From the NCBI GenBank assembly GCA_037447605.1, contig CM074812.1, positions 1,736,001-1,800,000 of the forward strand: a stretch of 64,000 bases of DNA, given 5' to 3'. This document shows positions 48,589 to 61,930 of the stretch, in pieces. How positions within the stretch are numbered: the stretch's first letter is position 1; every line of letters starts with the position of its first letter. The stretch is from Zygnema circumcarinatum SAG 698-1b (Eukaryota > Plantae > Zygnematophyceae). The notes under the pieces were generated by a model. That model made no database searches. It was not told where the DNA came from and was given only the letters and a program-made list of their open reading frames with translations. Both the position numbers and the translations under genes were made by a program.

Positions 48589-51500
48589 ATGGTGGGAATT
48601 AGCATTGCCAGTGGCCCCTTTGCAGGCTGCTGGCAGCAGCACGCTGCACATTACCTGGTGGAACGTGTGAATTCTGTGTCTTTTCGAGCCCACCAAGACC
48701 AAGACGTAAACTGCAGCTATAGTTGCAGTTCTAAGGCGAGCTTAAGGGCCGAGAAGAGGTGGGGTGGGGGGCAAGAGTGCTGCGGAAGCATCAGCCATGG
48801 CTGCAGCTGTACGCTGCGTCGAACATTGCCATCGGTGAGAACGGCAGCGAGCCTGGCAACAGGCCTGGCTGTTAGAGAAACAGCACAGAGAAGCTCCTCG
48901 GGAAGGTATGAGGAGTCGTCATGGCCAGCCATGGAGGTCGAGCGGATGCGGTCGCGGTCTTCTCTGCATCGATGTGAGGAGGGGGAGGACGCGGAGGCCT
49001 TGGCTGGGGGGGTGGACGAGAGCAGGACTGCGAGGCATCGCAGTGCGGTGTTCTTTTCGGAAGCGGAACCAAGTTGCAGAGGAGACGAGGAGGAAGCGGC
49101 GGTAGGTTCTACACAAGGAGGAGGGCAAAATAGGGGGAAGGTGTGGAGACTAAGACGGAGAACTTCTGCAACGAGTGAGAGAGAATTCGAGCCCGCAAAG
49201 GATGAGGGCTGGCAGCGGCTGAATGGAGCAAAGGGCGGCAGCATTAGCAAGGACAGCGCAGCTGTGAAGTGGAGCGGAAGGAGAAGTAGTGCTAGCGGTG
49301 CAATGGAGATGAGCATCGTAGAAAAAGAGGGTCATTGGAACAGCCGGAGCAGCGATGGTGCGCAACTAGTGAAGGAGGTTCATTCATCTGTGCAGGGGTT
49401 AAGCAATACCGGGAAGTCTGCAGGAGCAGTTGGAGAAGCAGCAGAGGCACCCATGGCAGACAGAGGGAGCCTCTCACCTGCTGCCAGCAGACTGCTGACG
49501 CGTCTGACAAGCGGAACTGAGTCTGTGGAAGCACTTTTGGAAGCGGAAGGAGAGGCCCTGTCTAGTGCAGAAATAGGGCATTTGCTCCGAATTCTCAGCC
49601 GAAATTCGAAGGGAACCTGGCAGTTGGCGCTTCAAGTATTCAATTGGGGGAAGAAGACTGGAGTAGGTATAGACGAGGAAAACACCGCGACTCTATTGAA
49701 GATTTTAGGTCAAACGTCTCTTTCAAAGGTAAGCAATTTAATCCTGTTTGCTCCCCATGCTGTCGCACTTCAAGGTTGCGGGATGCTCAAAACACACGCT
49801 CAGTTGAATGATCGGAAAAAATCGAAACCCAACAATAAATTGTTGAATTCCGCATGGCGTCTAATTCAAAGCTTTTCTGCGTATTAAATTTCTGCTTCCC
49901 TGTGCAACAGAAGGGCTCAGTGTTGCTCAGACATAGTTCCTTTCAGGAAACCTCAAAAACTTTCGAAAGAGTCGTTGTAGAAACATAGTCCTACCATGAT
50001 TCATCTAGAGATATATGCTTGGGTCCCCACCTCCTGTAATAGATTAATAAATGATGATTGTAGATGTTGTATTGAGTAAGTCCCTGTGAAATACCTTTCA
50101 ATCCTTGTTAAAGCTTTTGAAACCTTTGAGCTATGGATCTTTTGCATTTGTGTTGTACGTTATTATACCTATACCATGTCCCTATTTTCTCTATGAATAA
50201 TTTAGCTGGGTAAACATCATACCAATTGAGGACATGTCAGTTTCCTCAAAGTGCTGTTGTTAAGACAGAATTAGCATAGGCTCTTCCGTATAGAGCCTGA
50301 CTAGTCATGGCTCTGAAACCCGTTATGCAGGCGGAGGAGGTGTTTAGTTCTTTGCAGGCTGAAGGGTACACTCCAGGTGTGTATGCTTACACCAGCATGA
50401 TAAGGGCCCATGCGAGGGCTGGGCAGTACAGGAAGGCACTGGCTGTGTTCAATCTGCTGCAAGAAAGGGGTATTCAACCTACTCTGGTAACATATAATAT
50501 AGTGCTCAAGGTTTACGGGCAGTTGGGGAATAGTTGGCCTCAGATTTCTGCTCTCCTGGCCGAGATAAAGGCACGGGGTCTGAAGCCTGATGTATACACT
50601 TACAACACGGTTATTGGAGCGTGTGCAAGGGGTCGACTCTGTGATGAAGCGGAAGCTGCCTTGGAAGAGATGCGTATGCTGGAGGATGGAATGCAACCAG
50701 ACATTGTTACATATAATGCGCTTCTAGAATGTTATGGAAAGGCGGGACGACTGGATGACGCTCGACAGGTACTGAATAGGATGGTGGATGCCGGCTTGCA
50801 GCCTAACACTCTAACTTTAAACCAGCTGATCAAGGCATATAGCTGCCAAGGCCAGTTTGAAGAAGCATGGGGTTTTTATGAACAGATGCATCAGCAAGGT
50901 TTAAGCCCTGACGTCTTCACCTATTCCACACTACTTGTGGCCTGCGGAAGAGCAGGGCAGGTAGCCAAAGCAGCAAACATGTACAAGTCTATGAAACAGA
51001 GCAATTGCAAGCCAAACCTTTATGTTTACAACGCGTTGATTGATCTTTACGGTAAGAGAGGTAAATTGAAGGAGATGGCCTCCGTATTTCAGGACCTTCA
51101 GAAGAGTGGATTCACTCCTGATATAGTCACTTTCAATAGTCTACTACACGCGTATGGCCATGAGGGAGACTATGAAGATTTGTGGCGGACATTGGGGCAT
51201 ATGCAGAGAGCCCAGTGCCCATTTACGCAATGGACTTACAACATCCTCATTGATGCTTATGGCCGCTGCGGAATGCCAGTGGAAGCTAAGGGAGTGTTTC
51301 ACCAAATGCTGAAGGCAGGTTATGCACCCTGCTCCGCTACCTTCACGTCTCTTCTTGCCGTATATGGGAGAGAGGGGGAGTGGGAGGAAGCTGAAGCTGC
51401 CATTCGGCAAATGAGGCAGGCAGGAGTGACACCCGGGGAGGAAGCACATGCTTGTCGGCTGCATGCATATGCAAACTCTGGGAGAGCAGATCTGCTGCGA

Positions 51501-52557
51501 CATGCAGAGAGGCAGTTAAGGGCTTCAGGGCAGCTGCCATCAGATAGCCATGTGCTGCATCAAGCATTGGTGCTTGCTTATTGCCGAATCGGTGATGCAG
51601 AATTGGCCGAGCGAGCATTTGAGGAGCTTGTCCAGCAAGGGCATAGTCCTGAATTGGAAGTCTTTAATGCCCTTCTCTTCATGTACGGAAAGACTGGCCG
51701 TTCAGAACATGTGCAGCGCATGTTTGAAAGGATTGAAGCTGCGGACCTCTCACCTGACACAGTGACGTATAATTGTCTGATCGGACTCTATGGCCGGCAG
51801 GGCCTTTATAATGAGGCTGAGAAGGTTTTGCGAGTCATGGAAACTGCGGGTGTGCCACCAAATCATGTCACTTTCAACTCTCTTATTTTTGCCTTTTGGT
51901 ATGTCTTTCTTCCTCCTGCCATTTTGGAGCCCATATGTAGATGCGTAAGATAGATGTATAAGTTATTATAACATAGCATAAGATGGTGATTTTCTCACCT
52001 CAGCCTGTGTATGGGGTTTGCAGCAAGCACGGTCACATACAGGAGGCTGTACGGATTTTCTATGAGATGCGAGCTGCTGGAGTGAGGGCGACGGAGTTCA
52101 CTCTCAGCACCTTCATCTCCTACTGCACTTCTGGCAGCTCACAGGAGGCGCTGCGTGTCATTGACTTTCTGCAAAGTGAAGGCTTTCGGTGAGCATTTTG
52201 TAGCTATCTTCATTCTCAATCGAAGATACCATATCATATCCCATTGTTTTGGCCCCCTTCCTGCAGGCCCACTTCTGATCCATGTCTGTTCATGTGAATT
52301 GCTTTAAGAGAAAGGGATCGTGAAAGCCCCATTTCCTTTGTCTCTCAAATTTATCATTATTTGGATGCCCTGACCTGACGCTTCAAACGACCCCATTCTA
52401 TACTGTGTTGTTTAGGTTGTCGGAGCCTTTGAAGAAAAGGAGGTCGGTTGCGCAGCTTGAATTTGAGGAACAGATGCTGAAGGGGTCCTGGAGGAGGAAT
52501 GCCTCCGATTTGCGACCGCGATTAATTCAGGATACAACTACCCACTTCAGAGGGTAA
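48589..52557 (+). CDS. P-class PPR protein, At5g02860-like (PPR10-related), likely plastid-targeted
   Basis: At least 14 tandem 35-aa PPR motifs in exon 50331-51898 (TYNIVLKVYGQLGNSW, PDVYTYNTVIGAC, PDIVTYNALLECYGK, CKPNLYVYNALIDLYGKRGK, HAYANSG). Long N-terminal exon 48589-~49728. 3' exons at 52024-52188 and ~52416-52557 (end uncertain). Confidence 0.88.
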
Positions 52558-52855
52558 AGATAGTTAGATTCGCAGTGTGCAGAAATGGTAGAAGCGCAGT
52601 AGAGTTAGATGGCATATGGCTTGCGTGCAGTCCCCTCCCTCGTACGGCATTGGGGACAATTGCAGCATAGAGTTCATAAATGGTAGGTGTGTGCTTATGG
52701 GTCTTCTGGTATTCCCCCTGAAAGCTCTTTTTGAATGTGTCTGTGGCTCACACTTCTTACTTTCAGGGGCTGCCTTGGCTCCTTTATGCCTATTTTTTTT
52801 TCTTTCCTCAACATCAACGCCTTTGCACGATCACCTTCAACGCCTTTGTGATGAT

Positions 52856-52927
52856 CCTCGTGGTTCCCCATGATGCTGATCTTGTCCATGTACATTTGAT
52901 GGCCTCGCCATAGTGAGATAAATGCCA
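52856..52927 (+). repeat. Dispersed ~70-bp repeat, copy 2 (copy 1 at 18019-18087)
   Basis: Direct alignment with copy 1, same orientation. Confidence 0.85.
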
Positions 52928-53471
52928 CATCCCCTTCCCTTTCCATGATATCATACATCTTATGAGCTGCTGTTTCCTCGCACATCCGAAATTCCATGAG
53001 GACCTCTACGCAAGCGCCATTGACCTTCAATATGGTTCATAGCAGTGTGATTTGGGTTTGGAAGTCGACGAAAAAACTGTAATCGTTTGGAAGTAAAACT
53101 AGGAAACCCATCTCAATGTTCATTGTTTTGTCTGAAACCGAAGTTTAAAAAAAAAAAAAAAATTTTACAGAAGGCCTTAGTTCAGCCTTCCGAGTGAGTG
53201 GCCTCTGCTTTTGGAACTTCAAAACTCGATATTCTTACAATATTGAAGTTTTGCGACACGATATATCGCAGTATATCGTGAATACGATATCTCGATGTAG
53301 GGTCTCATCTCGGTTCGATTCGATACGTCTCTGCTTGCTCAGCTTTCAGACCACCTTTGTGGTTTGCTCTCCTCCTTCTAAACTTTTTTCTTCTTCTGGA
53401 AAAAGGGTAAGAGATGATGCAATAGAGGGAGAGGTAAGGATTTGAAGGTTTTCGGAGTGCCTGCTGTGAAG

Positions 53472-56400
53472 ATGTCGTCGCTTGCCGAGTATTTGAAGCG
53501 CTACACTAACAATGGAACGGCTGGAACGGGAGACTCAGACAAGAAGAAGAAGAAGAAGAAGAGAAAGCAGGAAGCAGAGGCTGGAGTTGCAGGCGTGGTC
53601 ATAATGGATGACGATGTCAAGTGGCAGAAGGATGCGAAAGAAGAGGTTGAGGATGAAGGTTTGGGTGCTCTACCACCACCTCCTTCATCAGTTTACTGCC
53701 AAGCAGGAATGGCGCATAACGCGATTCGCATGTTTCATGATGAATGTGGCAGGAAAACAGTTTTTTTGTGATTAAATACGTTTCGTTTTGAGGATGTAGG
53801 GTTGGCTTTGACCGCATGCTTCACGTGGAGGACCATTTCATGTCGTGCAATTAGAGTTCAGAAAAAGTCAGCCGTATGCTCTGGTTCTGAGGGCCACTGA
53901 GTCCAACCTGAATCCCCAAGGACTCTAGTCCCTGAATTTTATATTCTGCTCGTTTTGAAACCAATGTTTCTGCATCCACACGCCTTGTTCTGGGAGGAGA
54001 TTCCTTCTCTAATTATTGGCAGCAATTCAATTTCATGAAGATGGCGAGAGGTGTATTCTCCAGGTCATAACCAATGCTTGCTGGCTCGTTTGACTGGGCA
54101 GAACCGGACGACACTCCGCAGGTGGAGGAAGATGTGGAGGTAAAGAGGATGCAACGGATGGAGCAGGCCAAGGCGCATCGACCATACCTCAGCATAGGAG
54201 AAGACGGGAGTGGTTGGGTCATTGTGAAGGAAGGTCTGTTGCAGTTGTCTGTATCTCGCAATTTTTGTGCTGGTATTGGAAGTAGCCTCTTTTTGTTTTG
54301 AAACGTATGTTCTTTGTCTCACTTGTTTGTTCACTTGTATTTCTTGGTTTTGCAGAAAAGGAAGACGAGGATTTATCACCACCTCGGCGTGGCCCACAGA
54401 GTTCCTTCAAGAGGACCCCTCCTCGCCGCTCACGCCATGACTCTCCAGAATTAAACCAAGGTGGAAGTGATCGTGCAACTCCCGACCTTTCTCCCCCGCG
54501 AAGAGACCGCACACAACCACCTTCACGATCACGTCACGGCTCGCCAGGAACAAATCCCACACAAATGCGTTCTCATGATTCTCCCGATCGTTTCCCCTCA
54601 CCTGACTTATCTCCGCCAAGAAGGAGACGATACGATTCACCAGATATCTCTCCTCCACGAAAGAGCAGGAAACTCTCTCCTGACTCATCCCGACAAAACA
54701 TGCAAAGCGGCCCTCCCACCAGGGCTGATATAGGAAACACGTCTTCACCCGCTAGGGGTAAAAACGTGCACGACGGTGATTTGTCTCCCCCTAGAAAGCA
54801 ACCAAAGGGACAAAGTCAGTTTTCAGGGATATCCACAGAACGTTCCAAGAAAATGAGCGATGGTACTATTGCAGGACTTCGAACAGGCAAAGAGGTTACT
54901 GCAGAGATGGAGCAGAAGCGGCGCAGCGATGTTGCCAGGTTAGTGTCTCCTTTACCTTTCCAGGCAGGAGTGATCTGCTCATGGCTACGACGTGAAACTC
55001 AATGCAGCAGCTACGTGTGACCACTTGTTTATGGTTGCTATTGCAGGTCCTAAAGTTATCCAGCTAACCCTTGTGTCTGAGTTAGAACTTTCAACTGATC
55101 CTAGTCTTGTCAATGTATGAGTTTTGCGACATTGTTCCTTGTGGGGCATGAGTTACAAACTCTATGGAAACCGGATTTGTTGAAGCTGTTGGTTTGGCTT
55201 GCAGATTCAAACAACTTGACGCTACTGTGACCGGCCGAGGTGCAGAGACAGTATACCGTGACAAACAAGGTATGCAGTTGACAGATTTCTTATTTGCATT
55301 GTTAAAGGCTGCGATGTTCTGAGTAAACCTGTCATGCATGCACGGTGCTTGCCCAGAAATTGACTTTGACTTTTTGAAGCAAAATTGTCCTCACAGTAGG
55401 ACCTTGTATGTGAATGCAGGCCGAAAGTCTAACCTGGACCAAATCATGGAGGAGAACAAAGCTACGCAGAGGAAGGTGAGCTCCAAGTGGTGGAATCGTA
55501 CAGTAGGTTAAGGCATTAATTTAACTGTTAATTTAACGGTACGATATGCTGGAAAAAATTTAGAAGGCACTCAGAAGGGGCTCCTAATAGAATATACTTG
55601 TGCATGGCTGTGAGCAGGTTCTGCCCCCACCAGTTTGGGGTAAAGGGTTGGCACAGCATCGAGCTCATGAAATGGAAGCTTCGGAAATAGCTGCTGAAGC
55701 AAGTCGTCCCTTTGGGCAGAGGTGAATATTTATACTGCACAGTTGTCCGTGTGCATGGCTGGAAGGAAATGTTTGTTTGTTGTTTTTGTGTTGAGACGGG
55801 TTGACAGCTGCAGCTAAGTCTCTCAAACATGCTCAGACCACTCTCTCGAATGCTGTTATCTTGGCATAAACAACATGTTTAACACTAGTCAATTGAGGTG
55901 CAGAGACGAGCAGCAGCTGGATAAGCAGCTTCGAGAACAAGTGCGATGGGGAGATCCCATGGCCCATCTGGTGAAGGTAAACTAGCCAGCAAAGGGAGGC
56001 CAATTGATGCATCCACCAATTGAAAATGCAATTCATCCTAATTCCTTGTTTTTTCGCACTACGCGTTATAATTTCGGTTGCAGAAAGGGCGTGGACTGTT
56101 ACAGAAGTTCATTGCATTTAGAGGTCAATATCTGAAAATGTGTGGGTGGGTGTTGGGGATTGGAAATTGCAGCACAAGGAAGCCGAGTTCGTCCTTTCTG
56201 ATCTTGGGGCAAGTGAAGCCATGCAAGAATCTGGCTTCAAAATTCCGCAGGATGTTCCCCCTCACTCGTGGCTGAAACGTCGAACAAATGCTCCACCAAA
56301 CCGTTTCGGTATCCGACCGGGCCGCCATTGGGACGGGGTCGATCGCAGCACTGGTAACTAGGAAGCAGAACTTATAACTGGGACTCAAACTTTTGGTTAC

Positions 56401-56663
56401 TTTTGTTTACTTTTACTTTTGGTTAAACTTTTGGTTACTTTTGTTTACTTTTACTTTTGGTTAAACTTTTGGTTTTGATGGGTCCCAGCTGAACCTGATT
56501 GACAGCTATTGTAGATAGTTTACCTTGACCATTGAATACGTCTTCCTTAATTGTGTCTGGGGTGCTTCTGTTGGCAGGATTTGAACGTGACATGTTCAAG
56601 CATAAGAATGAGAAGAAAGCGACGGATACGGAAGCTTACTTGTGGTCCATCTCCGACATGTAG
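53472..56663 (+). CDS. BUD13: BUD13 / RES complex pre-mRNA splicing factor
   Basis: MSSLAEYLKRY..KKKKKKK and repeated DLSPPRR motifs. Also GRGAETVYRDK, WGDPMAHL, PPHSWLKR, APPNRFGIRPGRHWDGVDRSTG|FERDMFK..AYLWSISDM*. Confidence 0.95.
56387..56474. repeat. 38-bp tandem duplication (2.3 copies) in the last BUD13 intron
   Basis: AAACTTTTGGTTACTTTTGTTTACTTTTACTTTTGGTT x2 plus a partial copy. Confidence 0.9.
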
Positions 56664-58010
56664 CTCGTTTGGTATTTCTTCTGGGGACTTCTTAGCCCTC
56701 CTCCGATCTTTCCACGTCTATTGCTCTTCCATTGGTGAGTTTCATTTTTCAGGTCAGCTCCCAAGCTGTGTACATATATAGCCTGATCCTCAAACTGTTT
56801 TCAGTGACTGAAGCTAAAAGCTGTATAAGCGTGTATGGCCGTTGCTTTCTCCAAATTCCCACGTAGAGGATTATCCGGTTGTTTTTAACTCCTTCCCGTC
56901 CTGTGTGACTATCTGATTATCTATTGTTTTAGGGTGTCTATAGGTGAAACGAGATGTCAACCCGTCACGAACTTGCACGAGGCTTCCTTCCCGGTTGGTT
57001 GGTGAAGGAAATCTACTTTTGGCCTGGTGGGAAAGAGCACCGAGAATGCTTGTTTTGGATTCAGACTAGAAGCCTGTTTCCTCTGCAAGCAGTCGAAGAG
57101 GTAGAGGCTCGCTGGCAGGTTCAGGCGATGCTCCTTCTTTCGGACGGTGCAGCGATTCAGGCGGCAGAAGGTAGAAGGCAGGGGGCCTGTAGGCTCTCCT
57201 TAGAGGACAACGCTGACAGTTGCCATGGCGTACATTTTGATCGGAACTAAGACGTTTAAAGACGGCCCATTTTAAAAAAGTAAATTTGTTTTAGCATGCA
57301 AGTTTACTAATGGGAGAAGATTATAACTTGAGCAAAGCATGTCCGTTTTGGAAGCCCTATAATTCATTGTGGTCTGTCATGACTTCTGGCATGAATTCTG
57401 GCATGTATTGAATAGGGTTTCTCCCCATTACGCTTTGCATGGCGTGAGGTGACTACGGTGGCCTAACTTGCGTGTCTGCAGAATTCAGATCAGTAAAGCT
57501 TCACCAGTTTATCAAAAAAGGTTTGAGACGTCGAAAGGGAATGAAATACACTCCCTCGTCACAGCCTGCCACTTTAGAGGGGCCAAAGGATGGATGGGTG
57601 GATGGATGGATGGGTGGATGGATGGATGGGTCAAGTCAGAATGGTTTTGAGAGCAGAGGCCGAGAAGCACTTGGGAGGCATCCAGAGCATTCAAAAAAAT
57701 TGAGTCCTCACAGCAACTGGAAATTTCAATGGACTCGTCTTAAGATCGTGTTGTATGCAACACTTCTCTTTTTAAGGACTTACAAATGAGGTCGTAAAGT
57801 CCCAACCAATCAGCCCCTCGTCATGGTGGGGCTCTGCTCTGGACACGAACATGGCCTGCTCACCTCGCTACGGACTACACAGCACAGGCCCTCTGTGTCG
57901 AGAATCTGAGAGACGATAAGGAAAATGGCCTGCCTGCAGACACTCCTACTTGCATGAGATTGACTACATCTATCTCGTGACGCCTTCTTGCTGAAAAATG
58001 CGCCATTCGA

Positions 58011-60742
58011 CTATGCCATGCCCATTGCGGCTGCTTGATGCATGATGTTTGCGACCATGTCCTGATGCTCCTTGGAGCCTATCGTCTCTAGCCGGTCATA
58101 AAAGTACTCCTCATCGCAAAGTTTTCGCAAGTTTGGAGGTCCTCTCACATAGTACTTTGCAAAGTCGGCGATCCTCTTCCCCGCCTTCTCCAGCTGCCCG
58201 TAAGGGAGCCTACCAGTCAAAACGGCGGACACCAGCCCCTCCACAGCGCTGAGCTGCCGGTCTTCCGTGTGGCAGAAAAGAAGGAGCTCTATACCCGCAC
58301 TCACTGCCAACACTGCTGCCTCCGCCGAAGAGAAATGCTTCATCACTGCCCCCATTTCCATGCAATCGGACAGCACAACGCCCTCGAACTTCACATGTTC
58401 CCGCAAATACTGGATGGCTCCTCGGCTCATTGTGGCTGGCCGGCCAGCATCTTCAGGGAATTCGTCAAGAGCAGGAACTGCCACATGGGCCACCAACACG
58501 GCTGCCACATCTGCATCGACTATCTTTTTGAACGGAACGAGCTCAACTGCCTCCAGTCGTTCTATAGAGTGGTTGACATATGGAAGGTCCAAGTGACTGT
58601 CCACACTTGTATCCCCGTGACCTGGAAAGTGCTTTATGCAAGCTGCAACGCCTTCCTTCTGCAACCCTCGGACAAATGAGAACCCCATAGCTCCAACAAG
58701 TTGTGGATCAGAGCCAAATGATCGTCTCCCTATGACAGGATTGTCTGGATTAGTGTCCACGTCGACAACAGGCGCCAAGTTCATATCTATGTACACAGCT
58801 CGAAGTTCTCGCCCTATAACGCAACCGGCTACTTCTGCAGCATCAGGATCTCTTGTTGATCCTACAATCTTCGCCCAAGGAATTGGAGTAAACGGAGCTC
58901 CAAGGCGAACAACACCACCACCTTCTTGATCAATCATGATTATGAATGGCCGAGGTGCAGCTGCTCGCTTGAGTTCAAGGCAGAGGCGAGCAACCTGACA
59001 GTGGACAAGATCAGGGAAACATACCTCTTGGGTTGTCAGCAGTCCAAACTGCATGTCTGCAGAAAAGCCTAAGTCACAAGTACAGTTTTAATGGCATTTC
59101 TCCATACGACGTTACACCTCAGCGATACAATCGAGCTTCTTCAAAGCATGCCTTGACGATTAGAAGAAAAAACTAACCCAGCATCACTCACACGTTAAAG
59201 GCAAGACTCAGCTAAACCGGCTCAGTCGTCTGTTCTAGAAATGCAAGTGTACAGTGCACAAGTTTACAAAAAATCATGACGAGGTAATTGACCAGCAAAT
59301 AAGTGTACTGTGCTCATACAAATGCCAAGTGCAGCAACAGAAACTCACCTGCTCTGGATCCTCAAAGTTCCGCGAAAATAGCACTACGCCACCCGCACCT
59401 ACAATGCAGCGAGGACTGACACAGATTAATCCCAGAACCATACAGAAATCAATAACAGCCTTTAACGAACCAGATAATGTGATTCAATCTCTTAAAAAGT
59501 TCAGAATTTCTATAGTGTTGACTTGTCAAAACTTGTCCGCATGGAGTCCGCTCAGGCATTTTTCTCTCGCCCACTGCACAATTACATAGCTAACACTATT
59601 AGTTCTCTTCTTATGTTACTTGACACCTGTTGCCGACTCAAGGGCTTCAGGACTTCAAATTCCTTGAACTCCCAGATAAGAGTTGCGCACTAGAATCCAT
59701 GACGTTGTAAACTGTTTCAAATCAGCGACAATAGCTTGCGGTTCGCATATTGGTAGAAGATAAACGGTACTACGGGGCAAAGATAGTCATGGTTATTCAA
59801 AGTCTATGTTTCTGAACTTGCGCAAAAGCGAGACCACCTTCCTCTTGAGAAAATGGAATACAGCATTACAGAATGTGGTGAATGGTTGCTGAAGTGACCA
59901 CTCTTGCATCGACATCAGAAACATTCCTCTCCCGGTTGTACCACTAATCAGTTAAATTAAGGAGGCCAACAGGCAATCAGTGCGAATATGCAGAATATGA
60001 CTTTCACTGAGAATGGAACTAAATGATGTAATATCATGGCAAGGATGGCACACTTGCTACCAGCAAGTGTATGAGTTGACAGAGGTTGACAAAACAGTCT
60101 ATCGTGCGGTGTGCATGCACTGTAGAGAAGTTGCGGCCAATTCTGGAGGACAAGTGGCGCACCAAGTATTATTAGTCTGCGAGCGTGCGCATTCATTCTC
60201 TTCCCGTTGAATCCAAACACCAAAAGACGAGCCGCAGCAGCACGAATGTCTTCTATCGGTGGGAGGTCTAAGTTGGGAGGAGGTCTAGGAAGAGGTTTGG
60301 TGTCTGAGTTCGCAGGACGTTCCACTGAAGGAATGTGCAAACTGTCTATCTGAACAGGAGCTTCGACCATTACCAGTCCCCCTGGAGGTCCGCCTTTCGA
60401 TTGTCGATCGAAGCCGCTGACTGACGAGGCACCTGAAGTTGCAGGCCTCCAACGAGGAGAAGCGGGCTGCTTCAACTCACTGGAGTCCGAAACAGCAACG
60501 ACTTTCTTGCTTGCAACCGAGAGAGGCCCGGCAGGAAGACCAGAGCTTTGCCGATTCTCATCAGGGTATGAAACCGTGCTTCTCTGAGAAGGAGAAGGAG
60601 AGACGTCTTGTAGAAACATAGGAGGCTCCTGCACAAGACCTGGATCAACATCGGGTGGTTTCACGACCATACTCGAATCGATTTCAGGAGGCTCTCTCTT
60701 TATTTGCGTGTCTAGTGGCCACACGCCTTTGCCTCCTGTCAT
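58011..60742 (-). CDS. nagZ-like: GH3 beta-N-acetylglucosaminidase, NagZ-type, with a long Ser/Pro-rich N-terminal extension
   Basis: Three exons: 60742-60163, 59398-59349, 58994-58011. Motifs GGVVLFSRN, IDQEGG, MNLAPVVDV, RSFG, NagZ signature KHFPGHGDTSVDSH, and nucleophile region SDCMEMGA. Confidence 0.92.
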
Positions 60743-61250
60743 CACTGCCTGGAAACGATAGAGCGAGGGTATTTCAACTCCACTCCTTTTGCTCTTCTCC
60801 TCCCTTCTTCCACTTTTTTCCCTTCAAAAAAAAATACAGTGCACGCTAGCTTCTGCGACCGGGCGAGGAAATTTGTGCAGAAACAGCAGCAGCAGCAGCA
60901 AGCTGCAGACTAAAATAAACTGTTGCAAGAAATATCATCAGAGGTCATCCCCCTTTCCTGCAAACTGCAGAGCAGAAGGGAAATGGCGTCTCTTTTTTCA
61001 TTTCTATGTCTCACAGTTCAGTTGAACGTGCCGAACCACACGCCGTGAAACTGCAACGGTCAGAAATTGAGCATAAAAGTCGTTGCCCGAACTAATTTAA
61101 TTAATTTGGAATTTTCAAAAAACTCCGGTTAGAAACTGGTGGTCGGAGTTTGTTTTTGGTTTTTGAAATCGAAACTGAAATTTAACACTATGAAAAAGAG
61201 AATTACTATTTACAAACCTTTTATGTCTAGGTACACACATTAAAAAAAAA

Positions 61251-61426
61251 AACCATTGGACCATTGATTCTTGCCCCACCCAATCATTGGCAATGGTTGC
61301 AACCATTGGCTGGCTCCCTAGCCAACCATTGCCAATGACTGCAACCATTGGACCATTGATTCTCGCCCCACCCAACCATTGACTATGGTCGCAACCATTG
61401 GCCGTCTACCAAGCCAACCATTGCCC
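61251..61426. repeat. Two-copy 92-bp tandem repeat built from AACCATTG(G)/CAATG subunits
   Basis: Copy 1 is 61251-61342 and copy 2 is 61343-~61426, with scattered substitutions. Confidence 0.9.
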
Positions 61427-61789
61427 TTGTAAAAAGTGTTGGACTTCATTTGTAGATTCCACTTTTTTTCCGTGCAAGATCCACAAATCTGATTTATCCG
61501 GTTTCGATTTTCGATTTTCAATGTTCGGTTTTCGATTTACTGTATGCCGATACGGTACAACCGTACATGGAAACAAAAAACGGGAACAGCGTTTCCAAGG
61601 CATGTGACGGCGCGTTGCCAAAACTGCGGCCGCCATGATGTTTGTATGGCAGCCAGAAATTCCAAAAATACTCGTAACTGAACGCCGATTTAGGTACATG
61701 GAGTCGAGCTGACAGTACCATTTACCTCCTGCAGAAGCTGCAGGACAAAGGAAGGCCCAAAAGCCTGCACATGACAAACTCATCTGCAG

Positions 61790-61930
61790 CATGGGCCATG
61801 GACATTGCCATGGACATGGACATGAGGGACAGACAAACTGAAACTGAAAGTGGAAACTGAACTGGATCTGAACTAATACTGAAACTGGAACTGGGACTGG
61901 GACTCGAGCTGGGACTGAAACTGGAACTGG
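61790..61930. repeat. Degenerate hexamer repeats (CATGGA, ACTGAA/ACTGGA/ACTGGG)
   Basis: Directly visible downstream of the UEV1 stop codon. Confidence 0.8.

Noticed and set aside
56954-57789. ORFs 56954-57250 and 57472-57789 between BUD13 and the NagZ-like gene
   Set aside because: No recognisable product. They overlap a (GGAT)n repeat and probable UTRs.
61251-61426. CRISPR-like array
   Set aside because: Only two degenerate head-to-tail units, no unique spacers, no cas genes, and a eukaryotic context.
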